Made by a program: the position numbers and the translations under genes. Positions 17,887 to 27,893 of a DNA stretch of 64,000 nt are shown here, in pieces. Location: the sequence record MW812341.1; one strand, given 5' to 3'. Below the pieces are notes generated by a model. That model had not been told where the DNA came from, did not search any database, and saw only the letters and a list, made by a program, of their open reading frames with translations. Numbering within the stretch: position 1 is the stretch's first letter; each line of letters begins with the position of its first letter.

Positions 17887-18822
17887 TTACTTGAGATCGT
17901 ACTTCTTCTCTAAACGCTCACGTTTACGCATGAGGTCGCCTAAGCGTTTCTCATGGCGCTCGATTTGTTTTTCGATGTGCGCATCGCCCTGACCGTTAGC
18001 CTGCTGTTTTTTGTACAGCAAAATACGAAGCTCGGTTGCTTTCGCCGCTTCCACGCATTCATCGTACTTGTCCATCTGATAATCAGCCCAGGACAGTTTA
18101 ACCCGATAAACGATAGAAAGAGGGAATGGTACAGCGGAAAGACCTAGCGGGTCAGTAGTCTTCGTACCGAAGGCTTCCACTAACTCATTGTAGGTTTCTT
18201 CGCTGAAGACCGCTTCCGGGATTTCCGCATAGTCGGCTTTCAGTTTGTTAGCTGGGGTCGCCAGAACACGCAAGGCGATACCGAATGTCACGAGCCGTGC
18301 ATTCAGATACGTCAGGTCGTTCGGGCCAACACCTTTCACCGCGATGTTAGAGCCTGGCTGGTTGCCAATCTCTTCTGCCGTGATGTAGTTCAGCAACGTG
18401 GACGAGTACACAGTGAAGAAGTCGATAAGGTCGAGAATCTGGAGCAACGTTTGTTTGTTAAACGTCAGCGACGCAGTGACGACTGATTTACCGATGTCGC
18501 GGGAAATACACTGTTCCAAGAAAGGACGCAGTGCAACCGTGTTCTCCATCGCAGCAATAATGTACTCGAGGATGCTAGGTTCGCGGAGGCCCGCTACTTC
18601 CAGCTTGGTTTCACGCAGATAACGCACCAGGTTTTCGCTAAGGCTCTGTACCGTTTTGGAATTGAACGGCTTGCCTTGAACAGACCCAACGAGTTCCTGC
18701 AAGTTCTGATACTGAGGAAGCAACACATCACCCAGCGCATCACAGTTTGACGTGAGGCTGTTTTTCAGGTTGGTGGCTTCAAAGCTTGGCAACAGAATTG
18801 CCAGCATGTTTGGAATAGGCAT
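17887..18822 (-). CDS. Virion head protein (gp51-like position), C-terminal coiled coil
   Basis: 311 aa; synteny. Confidence 0.6.
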   Translation of the reverse strand: MPIPNMLAILLPSFEATNLKNSLTSNCDALGDVLLPQYQNLQELVGSVQGKPFNSKTVQSLSENLVRYLRETKLEVAGLREPSILEYIIAAMENTVALRPFLEQCISRDIGKSVVTASLTFNKQTLLQILDLIDFFTVYSSTLLNYITAEEIGNQPGSNIAVKGVGPNDLTYLNARLVTFGIALRVLATPANKLKADYAEIPEAVFSEETYNELVEAFGTKTTDPLGLSAVPFPLSIVYRVKLSWADYQMDKYDECVEAAKATELRILLYKKQQANGQGDAHIEKQIERHEKRLGDLMRKRERLEKKYDLK

Positions 18823-18833
18823 TCGCTAACCCC

Positions 18834-20012
18834 TTAAAGAACCGGTTGTGCACCAGCACGGTACGCTTCGATGACTTTGTTGACATCGGCACTACCGGCC
18901 TTAGATTTGGAGAAGTCGGACTTGTCGAGTTCCTGAGAACCGTTCATGCCGCGAGTGTAGATAGTGACTTTGTTCCAGGTAGTGTCAACCACCACGTAGT
19001 ACACAGTCAGGCTATCCTGGAAGACACGCTGACGAACATTGAAGTCGTCGAAGCTGCCACCCAGCTGCGCTTCCAGACCATCGATAGTTTCCTGAGAAAC
19101 CACGACGATGCCTGAGGCGTTGTTGATAGACGGAGCCAAGGTCAACAGGCCAGACAGCCAGTTACCATTACGCTTTTCCATCATCTTGCTGTAGTAGCCG
19201 GTCTTATCGCGGAAGCGGTTTTTACGGTACTCTTCGATCAGGTCGTTGGAGAACGCCAGGTCTTTCGCGGCTGCAATCTTATCCAGCGCGCTGCCTTTAC
19301 GGTCGCCTTTATATTGCAAGCGCAGGTAGCGGTCCCAGAAGTCTTTCGTCTGGTCGCTAAACGCGATGATAGTTTCCAGCCCTTCGGTCGGTACGGACTT
19401 CACGTCCAGGCGAATGCGCATTGGCACTTCGACCTTATTACCGTTACGTTCGAAAGTGGCGGAGAACTGTTTACCCTGAGACAGACCTTCTTGCTCAACC
19501 AGCTGCTTCACGAAGTTCGTAGGCAGTGTAGAGGAGACGCGGGCTGCTTTGTCCGTAGAAGTGGATTCAGCGGCTACCTGGACGTTCGGGTTACGGCGGT
19601 TACCGCGCATAGACTCACCCACCGCGATGGCAAGGTTATCGTATGACGGCAAACCATAACGGCCACGACTTTCGCCCATGGCGAATTTACCCAAACGGGC
19701 ACCAGAACGAGCGGCTGCATCAGCACTATTACGACGGGTAGAAATCTGGTCGAGGGTACCGAGGATATCAACCTCAGGAACGCCGACTAACAGTGAAATT
19801 GCTGTCAGTTGGTTACCCGCCATCAGAATTTGAAGTTTTTCCAAGATACCCGGCAGATAGTCCAGGCCCAGGAGTGTTTGCTCAACCAGAGTCGTATACT
19901 CGTTGTAGAGTATCTGGTTAAACTCTTCCAGTGAATCGGCACGTTGCCGGAACAGGTCTGGAAACTTTGACAGGAACGAGACGACACTCGTTTCGATAGT
20001 GGTATCTGCCAT
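18834..20012 (-). CDS. Virion head protein (gp50-like position)
   Basis: 392 aa; MGE-S, VGE-S, AAE-S motifs. Confidence 0.6.
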   Translation of the reverse strand: MADTTIETSVVSFLSKFPDLFRQRADSLEEFNQILYNEYTTLVEQTLLGLDYLPGILEKLQILMAGNQLTAISLLVGVPEVDILGTLDQISTRRNSADAAARSGARLGKFAMGESRGRYGLPSYDNLAIAVGESMRGNRRNPNVQVAAESTSTDKAARVSSTLPTNFVKQLVEQEGLSQGKQFSATFERNGNKVEVPMRIRLDVKSVPTEGLETIIAFSDQTKDFWDRYLRLQYKGDRKGSALDKIAAAKDLAFSNDLIEEYRKNRFRDKTGYYSKMMEKRNGNWLSGLLTLAPSINNASGIVVVSQETIDGLEAQLGGSFDDFNVRQRVFQDSLTVYYVVVDTTWNKVTIYTRGMNGSQELDKSDFSKSKAGSADVNKVIEAYRAGAQPVL

Positions 20013-20018
20013 TTTAAA

Positions 20019-20036
20019 TTTTACTCCGGAGTAAAA
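20019..20036. promoter_or_regulatory. Perfect 18-bp palindrome carrying a GGAG SD on both strands
   Basis: TTTTACTCCGGAGTAAAA between divergent starts 20012(-) and 20041(+). Confidence 0.8.
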
Positions 20037-20040
20037 ATTG

Positions 20041-21303
20041 ATGAGTAACGAGACTGAACAGAATAAAGATCCTGGTTACGACGCAAATACGGATATCGAC
20101 TACACTGTTCCCAACCCGAACAACGCGGACGCTGTTCCTTCTGTAGCAGGTTATTTCGATGGTCGAGAGTCGACCACAAAGCCTACACAAGGGAGTGTTG
20201 AAGACGAACTTTCCGTGTGGCAAGACAGGATTCGGTTGACAGTCGGTTTAGGTATCGCTGCGCAGCGTATGACCAATCCCCTCATGGGGTTCAACCATAT
20301 GATGGCCAACAACCCCATTCCAGTTAACCGGGAATATGGGGGTTTGACCTTCTTTACCCGTCCAGACTTTAACCTGGACTTTAACAATATCGCGAACTCG
20401 CGTCGTTTCTCCAACATGGCGATGCAGCCCAGAGCGTCACTGGACTATTCCTTGTTGGCAGCGCTTGACCCCGACTTTGAACTGGGTTTTTCTGACCCAG
20501 GACGAAACAAGGACGGACAGAAAATTAGCCGTTTAGGGACGCCATTTTTACCTGATATCCCGTTTGACAATTTACAGGCATTCATACCATTGCTTTCGAC
20601 ACAACTTGTGAGCCTCTCGGGGATGCCCGATGAGTCGGTAGATAACTGGATGTCGGACGAAGGTATCAAGCGTGAACAGTGGGGTATGGTGGATTCCACC
20701 CACGAGGTGAACAACCAATTCTCACTGTCAACCTCGCTGACCAACCCGTACGGTAATGCGATTATGCGCTTAGCTTCTATCTGGATTGAATACATGTCCG
20801 GTGTGAAGGAGGGGCGTTTCATGCCGAAGATTCGTAACTCGATTCAACGACGCATTGACTATCAGTCTCGCATCTACGGGATGCGTTATGACCCGCTGGG
20901 AAACATCACCCGTTTCTGGACAGCGTGTGTAGCGTGGCCAATGAACAACAACGCCGGTCAAATGGCATCGGTTGACAACTCCAAGCCGCAGATGAACGAT
21001 GACACCAACATCTCGTTACAGTGGCAGTGTATTGGGGCACGTTACGATGACCCATTGTACATGGACATGTTCAACGCGACGGTATCCTACTTCAACCCGG
21101 ATATGGCACCAACCGCTGAGGCAATACGGACTGGCAGGTTCATCCCGCAGGGGTTGGACATGATGCAACAGATTCCGCCACAGATGATGCCACTGTTTAA
21201 CTACTACGGGTATCCGCACATCGACCCAATCCGCCGTAAGCTGTCATGGTGGGTATATAACGTCGACTACCAACGTATCTTGAAAAAGGCAGGACTTATC
21301 TAA
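20041..21303 (+). CDS. Virion structural protein, possible tail-tube-fold baseplate component
   Basis: 420 aa, coupled to the baseplate-wedge-like gene; fold assignment is inference. Confidence 0.5.
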   Translation: MSNETEQNKDPGYDANTDIDYTVPNPNNADAVPSVAGYFDGRESTTKPTQGSVEDELSVWQDRIRLTVGLGIAAQRMTNPLMGFNHMMANNPIPVNREYGGLTFFTRPDFNLDFNNIANSRRFSNMAMQPRASLDYSLLAALDPDFELGFSDPGRNKDGQKISRLGTPFLPDIPFDNLQAFIPLLSTQLVSLSGMPDESVDNWMSDEGIKREQWGMVDSTHEVNNQFSLSTSLTNPYGNAIMRLASIWIEYMSGVKEGRFMPKIRNSIQRRIDYQSRIYGMRYDPLGNITRFWTACVAWPMNNNAGQMASVDNSKPQMNDDTNISLQWQCIGARYDDPLYMDMFNATVSYFNPDMAPTAEAIRTGRFIPQGLDMMQQIPPQMMPLFNYYGYPHIDPIRRKLSWWVYNVDYQRILKKAGLI

Positions 21304-24251
21304 TGGATACTATCGAAACGCTGTCGAAGAACCTGCTGTTGCTGGCGAATAACCCTTCGGCAATGCAGACGCTATTGCTGAACCAGTTATCGAAAGCCCA
21401 GGATTCAGCGAACAACATTACCTTGATGGACCCGACCGACCCGGTAGCGTTCTTGATGGAATGCGGTGTGACGCTGGGACACACGACAATCGAAGGTGTA
21501 AGGGCAACGATTCCTCGTACGTACCCGTCCATGGCGCAAACCATGGATGACCTTTATCGTCACATGTCCGATGTGGATTACATCGACGTCTTTGCGCAGC
21601 CTTCCGGAACCGAGTTGCAGTTGATTATCGACACCGACTCGCTGTTAGCGAAAGCCATGCCATTGCAATACGCCGGTGTACGTAAAGTAGTGATTCCACG
21701 TGATACGCAGTTTAAGGTGGCGGGCTATACGTTTGCCATTCAGTACCCAATTGAGATTCGTGTGTTGCCGTACGGGACAATCGAAAATCCAGCCTTCCAG
21801 GTGCTGTGGCTTACGGACAACCAGTCTCCAATCTCCCCGGTATCAACGAATGCCTTGGAGTGGGAACTGGGTTCTTCACCAACCACCACCTCGACGCTGC
21901 TGCGTATCAAGATTCCGGTGAAGCAGTACGACGTGAAGTCCCACTCGGATTCTACAGCGGGGAACAACACCTTCGTCATGCAACGTGTTTTCACCAACAA
22001 GTTCTTCTATGTTCGTGTATGGCAACATACCCCGAATGGAACGGGCTGGGTGGAGATTCCACATACGCACAGTCGTGACGTTTATGACCCTACGGTGGGG
22101 ACAGCGTTGATTCAGGTCAACGGACAGGGTATCCAATGTACCATCCCGTCGGTTTACTTGAACAACGGTTTGGTATCCGGTGAAATCCGCATGGATGTCT
22201 ACACTACACTGGGGCCGTTGGACATTGACTTGTCCAGCTACACCATCGATGAGTTCGGTTGGGCGTTGCGTGATTTGAATGATGAAGTGGATGCCAGTTA
22301 CTGGAACCCGTTGAAGTCTTTCTCCATCGCACAGATGATTGCAGAATCGGGCTTTAGAACCACCGGTGGTCGTACCGACTTAACCTTCGATGAATTACGT
22401 AGCCGTGTGGTGAATAACGCTGTAGGCGTGCGTCAGACGCCTGTAACGGCCGGTCAGTTGGCTGCGAGTGTGGCAGACTACGGTTTGTCGCTGTATAACG
22501 CTATCGACTACGTAACCGACCGTACGTATCTGTTATCAGCACCGTTGCCTGATTCCCAGTTAAGCAAAGTGAGTTCACCGATGGGTTCTGTGACCGCTGC
22601 GCTGTATTTCAGCTGGGATGAGTTGGCCACCTTACCGACTGTCCGTATCAATGACAGCCGCATGACGGTAATGCCGGGTACGCTGTATCGTTTTGATGGT
22701 GCCGCGTTGGCGGTTGACCCAACGATGACTGAGTTAGTTCGCTCTATGCGTAAAGCTGACTTGGTGACTGCGGGTAACGCCACGCCGTATTTGTTCACAC
22801 CGTTCCATTACGTGCTGGACATTAACAACAATGCGATTGACGTGCGTATCTATCAACTGGATAAACCACAGCTGTCCAGCAAACGTTTCATCGATACCAA
22901 CATCTCTACCGAGCTGTCCGTGGTAACGGCTGACTATCAAGTCCTGATGACCGAAACGGGTTATGTATTACGTACTGTGACCAAATCAGAGCCGCCGTAC
23001 CAGAAGATGAGTGATGACCAGCTGTTTGCCCAAATCTCCTTTACTCCACGTAACGGTGAGCATGTGGCGTACATCAACGGGACGCTGGTTGGTAAGCAAG
23101 GCAGTGAACGTGTGTGGGAATTCCCGTTAGAGACTAACCTCGACGTTGACCGTAACGATGAGTTGGTGCTGACCAATACCCGCATCACATCCAGCAACAC
23201 GGTGAACGTACCAGTAGCCCTGCTGCAAGACTTCAACGTCTTCTACGGTTGTTCTTCCTACTATCCGAAGAACTACGAGCGTGCGGACATGGATACCATC
23301 ATTGTCCCGCCGTCTCGTGACGCCATCGGTATCACGCATGAAATCTTCAAGATTGAACTCGGGAAAGCGCTGTCTGCGTTCTGGCGTAAAGCCCGTGCGG
23401 TGACAGACAGTATCAACTACGAGTATTACGAAGAAGACGTGCTGGCAGTGTGGGAAGAAGATGTACTCGACCGCGATGAGCACGGTGTACCGAAGTACGT
23501 CATTGATGAGACACAAGACCCGCCTGTTATCCTGACGTACTTGCATCGTGTCGGTGACCCGAAGTACAAAGAAGACGGCACGCGTGAGATTGCGTACTAT
23601 AAAGGTGACTTGAAGCGTGACCCATCCACCAAAGAGCCTATCATTGCGAAACCACGTAGCATTCGGTTCCGTAGTGAGATGGCGGTATTTGATGCGCGTT
23701 ACAAGTTCGCCAACAGTGAGGAGGTACAGACTTACCTGCAAACGGTTATCGACTTCTTGATTGTCAAAATCACGTCGACGGTACCGAGCTTGCAGAGCCA
23801 GTTGCTGGAACGTACCGAAGCGTTCTTCGTACCAATCACCACGATGGGTTACATCAATGCACGCACGGAAGATGGGGCAGTCACACCTATTCCGGCTGAG
23901 AACCAGTTCACCGTCAATTACTACCTCACGGCAGCCAACCGTCAGAACACCGACCTGATTGCCACCATTCGTAAACAGACCAGCCAGGTAATCAATGAAT
24001 ATCTGGAAACACACGATACCGTATCCGCTACGGAGTTGGGTAAGGTACTGGGAACGAAACTGGAAGGGGTGATTATCGGGGTTGAACTGGGCAACATGGG
24101 GCCAGACCAGGACATGCGTCTGTTCACGGTTGTTGATGCTGCTGCTCGTGTCACCATCGGTAAGAAGTTGGCCATTGAAGCCAATGGTGCTGTCGGCCTG
24201 AAAGACGACATCGTGATTGCTTACAACAAACACGACACCGACAAAGATTAA
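21303..24251 (+). CDS. Baseplate wedge protein (T4 gp6 / P2 gpJ-like)
   Basis: 982 aa; TTGGRTDLTFDELRSRV...QTPVT resembles the gp6/J GG.D.E..E.R...P..VT motif. Confidence 0.6.
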   Translation: MDTIETLSKNLLLLANNPSAMQTLLLNQLSKAQDSANNITLMDPTDPVAFLMECGVTLGHTTIEGVRATIPRTYPSMAQTMDDLYRHMSDVDYIDVFAQPSGTELQLIIDTDSLLAKAMPLQYAGVRKVVIPRDTQFKVAGYTFAIQYPIEIRVLPYGTIENPAFQVLWLTDNQSPISPVSTNALEWELGSSPTTTSTLLRIKIPVKQYDVKSHSDSTAGNNTFVMQRVFTNKFFYVRVWQHTPNGTGWVEIPHTHSRDVYDPTVGTALIQVNGQGIQCTIPSVYLNNGLVSGEIRMDVYTTLGPLDIDLSSYTIDEFGWALRDLNDEVDASYWNPLKSFSIAQMIAESGFRTTGGRTDLTFDELRSRVVNNAVGVRQTPVTAGQLAASVADYGLSLYNAIDYVTDRTYLLSAPLPDSQLSKVSSPMGSVTAALYFSWDELATLPTVRINDSRMTVMPGTLYRFDGAALAVDPTMTELVRSMRKADLVTAGNATPYLFTPFHYVLDINNNAIDVRIYQLDKPQLSSKRFIDTNISTELSVVTADYQVLMTETGYVLRTVTKSEPPYQKMSDDQLFAQISFTPRNGEHVAYINGTLVGKQGSERVWEFPLETNLDVDRNDELVLTNTRITSSNTVNVPVALLQDFNVFYGCSSYYPKNYERADMDTIIVPPSRDAIGITHEIFKIELGKALSAFWRKARAVTDSINYEYYEEDVLAVWEEDVLDRDEHGVPKYVIDETQDPPVILTYLHRVGDPKYKEDGTREIAYYKGDLKRDPSTKEPIIAKPRSIRFRSEMAVFDARYKFANSEEVQTYLQTVIDFLIVKITSTVPSLQSQLLERTEAFFVPITTMGYINARTEDGAVTPIPAENQFTVNYYLTAANRQNTDLIATIRKQTSQVINEYLETHDTVSATELGKVLGTKLEGVIIGVELGNMGPDQDMRLFTVVDAAARVTIGKKLAIEANGAVGLKDDIVIAYNKHDTDKD

Positions 24252-24300
24252 AAAAAAAGAAAGCTACCCACTCCCGTAAAGGAGTGGGTAGTGCTTTTAT
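24251..24300. terminator. Bidirectional terminator
   Basis: CTACCCACTCC/GGAGTGGGTAG 11-bp stem flanked by A and T tracts, between convergent genes. Confidence 0.85.
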
Positions 24301-26013
24301 TTATTTCGACTTCAAGATGACGTTCTTGCTACTGGTGGTAATAACGCGGTTCATCCCTAACACGCCACGGCAAATCTGACGGACGTAGGACATCTGCTTA
24401 CGCAAGGTAGCGAAGAAGTCTGGGGTATCTTGATACTCCATGGAAATCTCACGACCGAGGTTCAGCGAATCTGAACGTTGTTCCAGTGAAGCCGCAGCCA
24501 AATCACGACCCAGTTTGTTCAGGTCAATGTTTTTGTTACGCTGCATGTCTTTCTGCCAGGTTTCGATTTTAGAAACCAGCAGCTCAACATCTGCTTCCAG
24601 CTTCTTGTAGCCCGACATGTTGGAGACGTTGGTGTTCGTGCTGATGTTGTCTTTATTCAGCATCAGACACACCGCAGACAGAATCACTTCCAACTCACCG
24701 TCGTTCGGTTTCAGCTGGTCGCTAATCAACCCAAACGATGTTCCGTTCAGATACGACTCGTAACCTGCCGCGACAATCACCTTGTCGTTGATGAACCCAA
24801 CAGGGTCACCGTAACCAATCAACGTAGATGCCTGCTGTTCGTTCATCGCAGCCGCTGGCATCGTATCCAGAGCCATGCCTTTCTTAGACACGTCAGGGAT
24901 AGAAGTCGCCAGGGTATCGTTCAGCGTACGGATAGCCGCCGCGAAACTGGTACGTACTGCGTGCAGGTCAGGGTTCTCTTTGCTCAGGTCAACCTGACGC
25001 AAATCATCGAAGCCTTTCGCTACCGAGTTAAAGTACGCAGCCAATTCACCGAAGCGATTGTTTGCAATGGTGAACACGGTATCGACCGGAACACGGATAC
25101 CAGCTTTACGCAACCGCTCTGGTAATGAAGCGTAGACAAGACCACCGCCACGTTGAGTGAAGACAGCATCACCAACATGATAGTCGCGCAGCATACGGTT
25201 GATAGCCATTTCGATAACGTCATTGGCATTACCTTTACCCGCGACGATGTCATCGAAGATACCGGCAAAGACAGATTTACCTGCGCGCAGAGACGCGTAG
25301 TCCACCCAACCCTGACCTTTCACCTTGGCAATCACTTTATCGAGCTTCACAGCCGCTACAGCCGCTTGTTTAGCCCCACCCTGCTGAACCTTACCTTTGC
25401 TGAGTGCATCCGTGTACGCATCTTGTACAGATGCACACTGACAGACTTGTGCTGTGGCTTTAGCTTCAGGACGCACGTTCTCCTGCACCTTTTCAATGCG
25501 GGTATCAATGCTTGCCTTTACTTTATCCACATACTCAACGCGGTCTGCAAAGTCTTTCCCTGATGCATCTGGGCTGTATCCGCTGCCGTTGGCCAGAATC
25601 CAACCTAGCATTTTCAGTACAGCCGTAATCACCAACACAACCAGACCCAACTTACCTGCTTCTTTCCAGGACTCGAGCGCCGCGATGGTCTCTTTCTGGT
25701 GTGTGCGGGTGTAGTTAGAGGTCAACAGACTTTGTACGTTCTTCGGAATCGTACCCGGACGAGCTGACTCCACCGCAACGGCCAGGTCACGGGAAATCCC
25801 GTTCCGACGCAGGTCATCGAGGATGGCGTCAATTTGCGCGAGCATACGGCCACCGTACAGCATATCCGCATCGTTGCGCTGCATGTACAGCGTCAGCTGG
25901 TCGAGGCTTTCAATCTTGGTGGTCATGTGCTCTTTGAGCAGCTCACCCAGCTCGCCTAAACGCCACTGTGGAGCCGGTGCTACCAAGCCCCCCACCATCG
26001 TCATACTCGTCAT
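24301..26013 (-). CDS. Virion head protein (gp47-like position) with predicted transmembrane segment
   Basis: 570 aa; AVE-S and ALE-S motifs, then hydrophobic LGLVVLVITAVLKMLGWILA. Confidence 0.6.
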   Translation of the reverse strand: MTSMTMVGGLVAPAPQWRLGELGELLKEHMTTKIESLDQLTLYMQRNDADMLYGGRMLAQIDAILDDLRRNGISRDLAVAVESARPGTIPKNVQSLLTSNYTRTHQKETIAALESWKEAGKLGLVVLVITAVLKMLGWILANGSGYSPDASGKDFADRVEYVDKVKASIDTRIEKVQENVRPEAKATAQVCQCASVQDAYTDALSKGKVQQGGAKQAAVAAVKLDKVIAKVKGQGWVDYASLRAGKSVFAGIFDDIVAGKGNANDVIEMAINRMLRDYHVGDAVFTQRGGGLVYASLPERLRKAGIRVPVDTVFTIANNRFGELAAYFNSVAKGFDDLRQVDLSKENPDLHAVRTSFAAAIRTLNDTLATSIPDVSKKGMALDTMPAAAMNEQQASTLIGYGDPVGFINDKVIVAAGYESYLNGTSFGLISDQLKPNDGELEVILSAVCLMLNKDNISTNTNVSNMSGYKKLEADVELLVSKIETWQKDMQRNKNIDLNKLGRDLAAASLEQRSDSLNLGREISMEYQDTPDFFATLRKQMSYVRQICRGVLGMNRVITTSSKNVILKSK

Positions 26014-26016
26014 GGC

Positions 26017-26454
26017 TTACCCCTTTTTAGTTTCGCTGAGGTAGAAGCGCACGCAGTCCACAAAGCGGTCACACCAAAGCATGACTGTTGGCCAGATGTC
26101 ACCACCGAGGGTTTCATCAACAATCTGTTTCACCGAGTAGGCTTCCAGAGCGCGACGACCACCGTGGGCCGCATCGTAACGGTTGCAGTACATGACGGTA
26201 ATCATGTCATCAACAGAACCCATGTCGATGCAATACAGTTCGTTCACATCGGACACCAGGTTATTGATAATTGGTTTCAGGCAGCCGTTTACTGCATCAC
26301 CTGAACCGTACGGGCCGTTATCCGGTAACGGAGCGTTATACGCCAGAGCGAAGGCGATAATCGCAGTCAGGGCACGAGTCCCTTCTACGCCTTTCCCTTC
26401 TACTGCGCGTTTGTAATCCAGCACCAGGCTGTTTAAAGAAAGTTTGTGAGTCAT
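26017..26454 (-). CDS. Virion/head-associated protein (gp46-like position)
   Basis: 145 aa in a coupled operon. Confidence 0.6.
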   Translation of the reverse strand: MTHKLSLNSLVLDYKRAVEGKGVEGTRALTAIIAFALAYNAPLPDNGPYGSGDAVNGCLKPIINNLVSDVNELYCIDMGSVDDMITVMYCNRYDAAHGGRRALEAYSVKQIVDETLGGDIWPTVMLWCDRFVDCVRFYLSETKKG

Positions 26455-26475
26455 GGTTATACCCTTTCGTTTATC

Positions 26476-27825
26476 TTAGGCCAACTGCTGAAGCTTCGCA
26501 GAAGCAATGCGCAGGTCGTTGGACATATAACTTTCGAGCTGACGTTGGTAATCCACGGCAGCCTTTTCTTTGCGTCCGTAGGTGGTCAGGTTCTTCATGA
26601 TGAAGGCATAGATGTTATCTTTGTCCTTCACGTTCTTCAGAATCTGGTCAAGCTGGGCGATGCCTTTCAAGCAACGGTCACGGTTTTCCTGTGCCTGCTT
26701 AGTGTTCACGCCTTTCAGCGTGCTCAGCTCTTCGACCAGGTTACGGCGCAGGGCTTCAAAACGTTCCTGCGGTGGATCGTAAATGGTGCTGCCTGGATCG
26801 TTGATGAGCAGACCGAACATGATGCTGATGGTACTGAATACCATACCAATCGGGTTGGACATGGCAATGACCAGACCACTGATTTCAATCAGCTCACCGA
26901 ACAGATGGGTATAGATGTTGGTGTACGCGTTGTTACGCAGAATCCACCAGTTAGACATCTCCATCTTGTACAATGCAGAGGCCAAGTGAGGGGCTGCACC
27001 GAAACGGGCTGCAAAGTCATCTGCTGCACGTTCCCACACACGGTTACCCACACCACGACCACCGGTGATGTTCGGACGCATTAACAGCGTCTGTGTCACC
27101 AGGTGCATGTACATGTTTTCTTTTTTGAAGTCGTTACAGATGGTTTCCGGCTGGTTGATTTTGGTGTTCAGCATACGCTCAACATCTTTCACCACACGCA
27201 GTTTCTCCTGCGGGGAATCCATCTCCATCATACGGTTGGCCGCAGCATCCGCAATCAGGTTGACTACCACACCACGCATCAGGGTACGCAGGTACCAATA
27301 GACGTGGCCGACTTCATGCAGAATGATGGCCGAGATTTCATAGGCGGTCAGTTCTGCACGGCCTTTGAAGATTTCCGGCGTCACGTACAGCGGGCTGGTA
27401 ATCTTGCTAAGGTCGCCTTTCAGCTTCGCATTAGAATCGTCGAACTCACCGTTCAGGGCATTGTCCTTGAGGAACTTGGTGTACAAGTCCAGGTCTTTGT
27501 TGCCCTGATACGTGGTCTTTTGAAGATCGGCAATGATTGGGTTGTTCGCATCAATCTGCGGTGGTTCAACGGCCGCAAACAGTTCATACTCCAGACCCAA
27601 CTCGTGCCCGGTGCAAAGTTTGATACCGACACCCACAGTATCCTGTACCCACTCAGCAACACCGGAAGTGTCGTATGCCGCCACAGAGTAGTCGCCCGCC
27701 GCCTGGAAGGCAGCGACGATTTCTGCTAAGGCAGCAAGTTTCTTCTTATCCTGAAATTTAATTGACTCGGCAGCAATGAGCTTTAACTCTCCCACCGTTT
27801 GTGCATGTTTAGACCAGTAACCCAT
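26476..27825 (-). CDS. Head protein (gp45-like position) with M48-like zinc-metalloprotease motifs
   Basis: ILHEVGH (HExxH), ERAADDFAARFG..LASALYKM, hydrophobic segments, N-terminal AAE-S. Confidence 0.6.
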   Translation of the reverse strand: MGYWSKHAQTVGELKLIAAESIKFQDKKKLAALAEIVAAFQAAGDYSVAAYDTSGVAEWVQDTVGVGIKLCTGHELGLEYELFAAVEPPQIDANNPIIADLQKTTYQGNKDLDLYTKFLKDNALNGEFDDSNAKLKGDLSKITSPLYVTPEIFKGRAELTAYEISAIILHEVGHVYWYLRTLMRGVVVNLIADAAANRMMEMDSPQEKLRVVKDVERMLNTKINQPETICNDFKKENMYMHLVTQTLLMRPNITGGRGVGNRVWERAADDFAARFGAAPHLASALYKMEMSNWWILRNNAYTNIYTHLFGELIEISGLVIAMSNPIGMVFSTISIMFGLLINDPGSTIYDPPQERFEALRRNLVEELSTLKGVNTKQAQENRDRCLKGIAQLDQILKNVKDKDNIYAFIMKNLTTYGRKEKAAVDYQRQLESYMSNDLRIASAKLQQLA

Positions 27826-27893
27826 TTCCGGTGTCCTTTAAGATTTTTACGTCACCACCAATCCTTATAGGCTGGATCGATGAGAGAGAACCG

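Noticed and set aside
23127-24233. 368-aa - strand ORF inside the baseplate gene
   Set aside because: Antisense shadow with no motifs.
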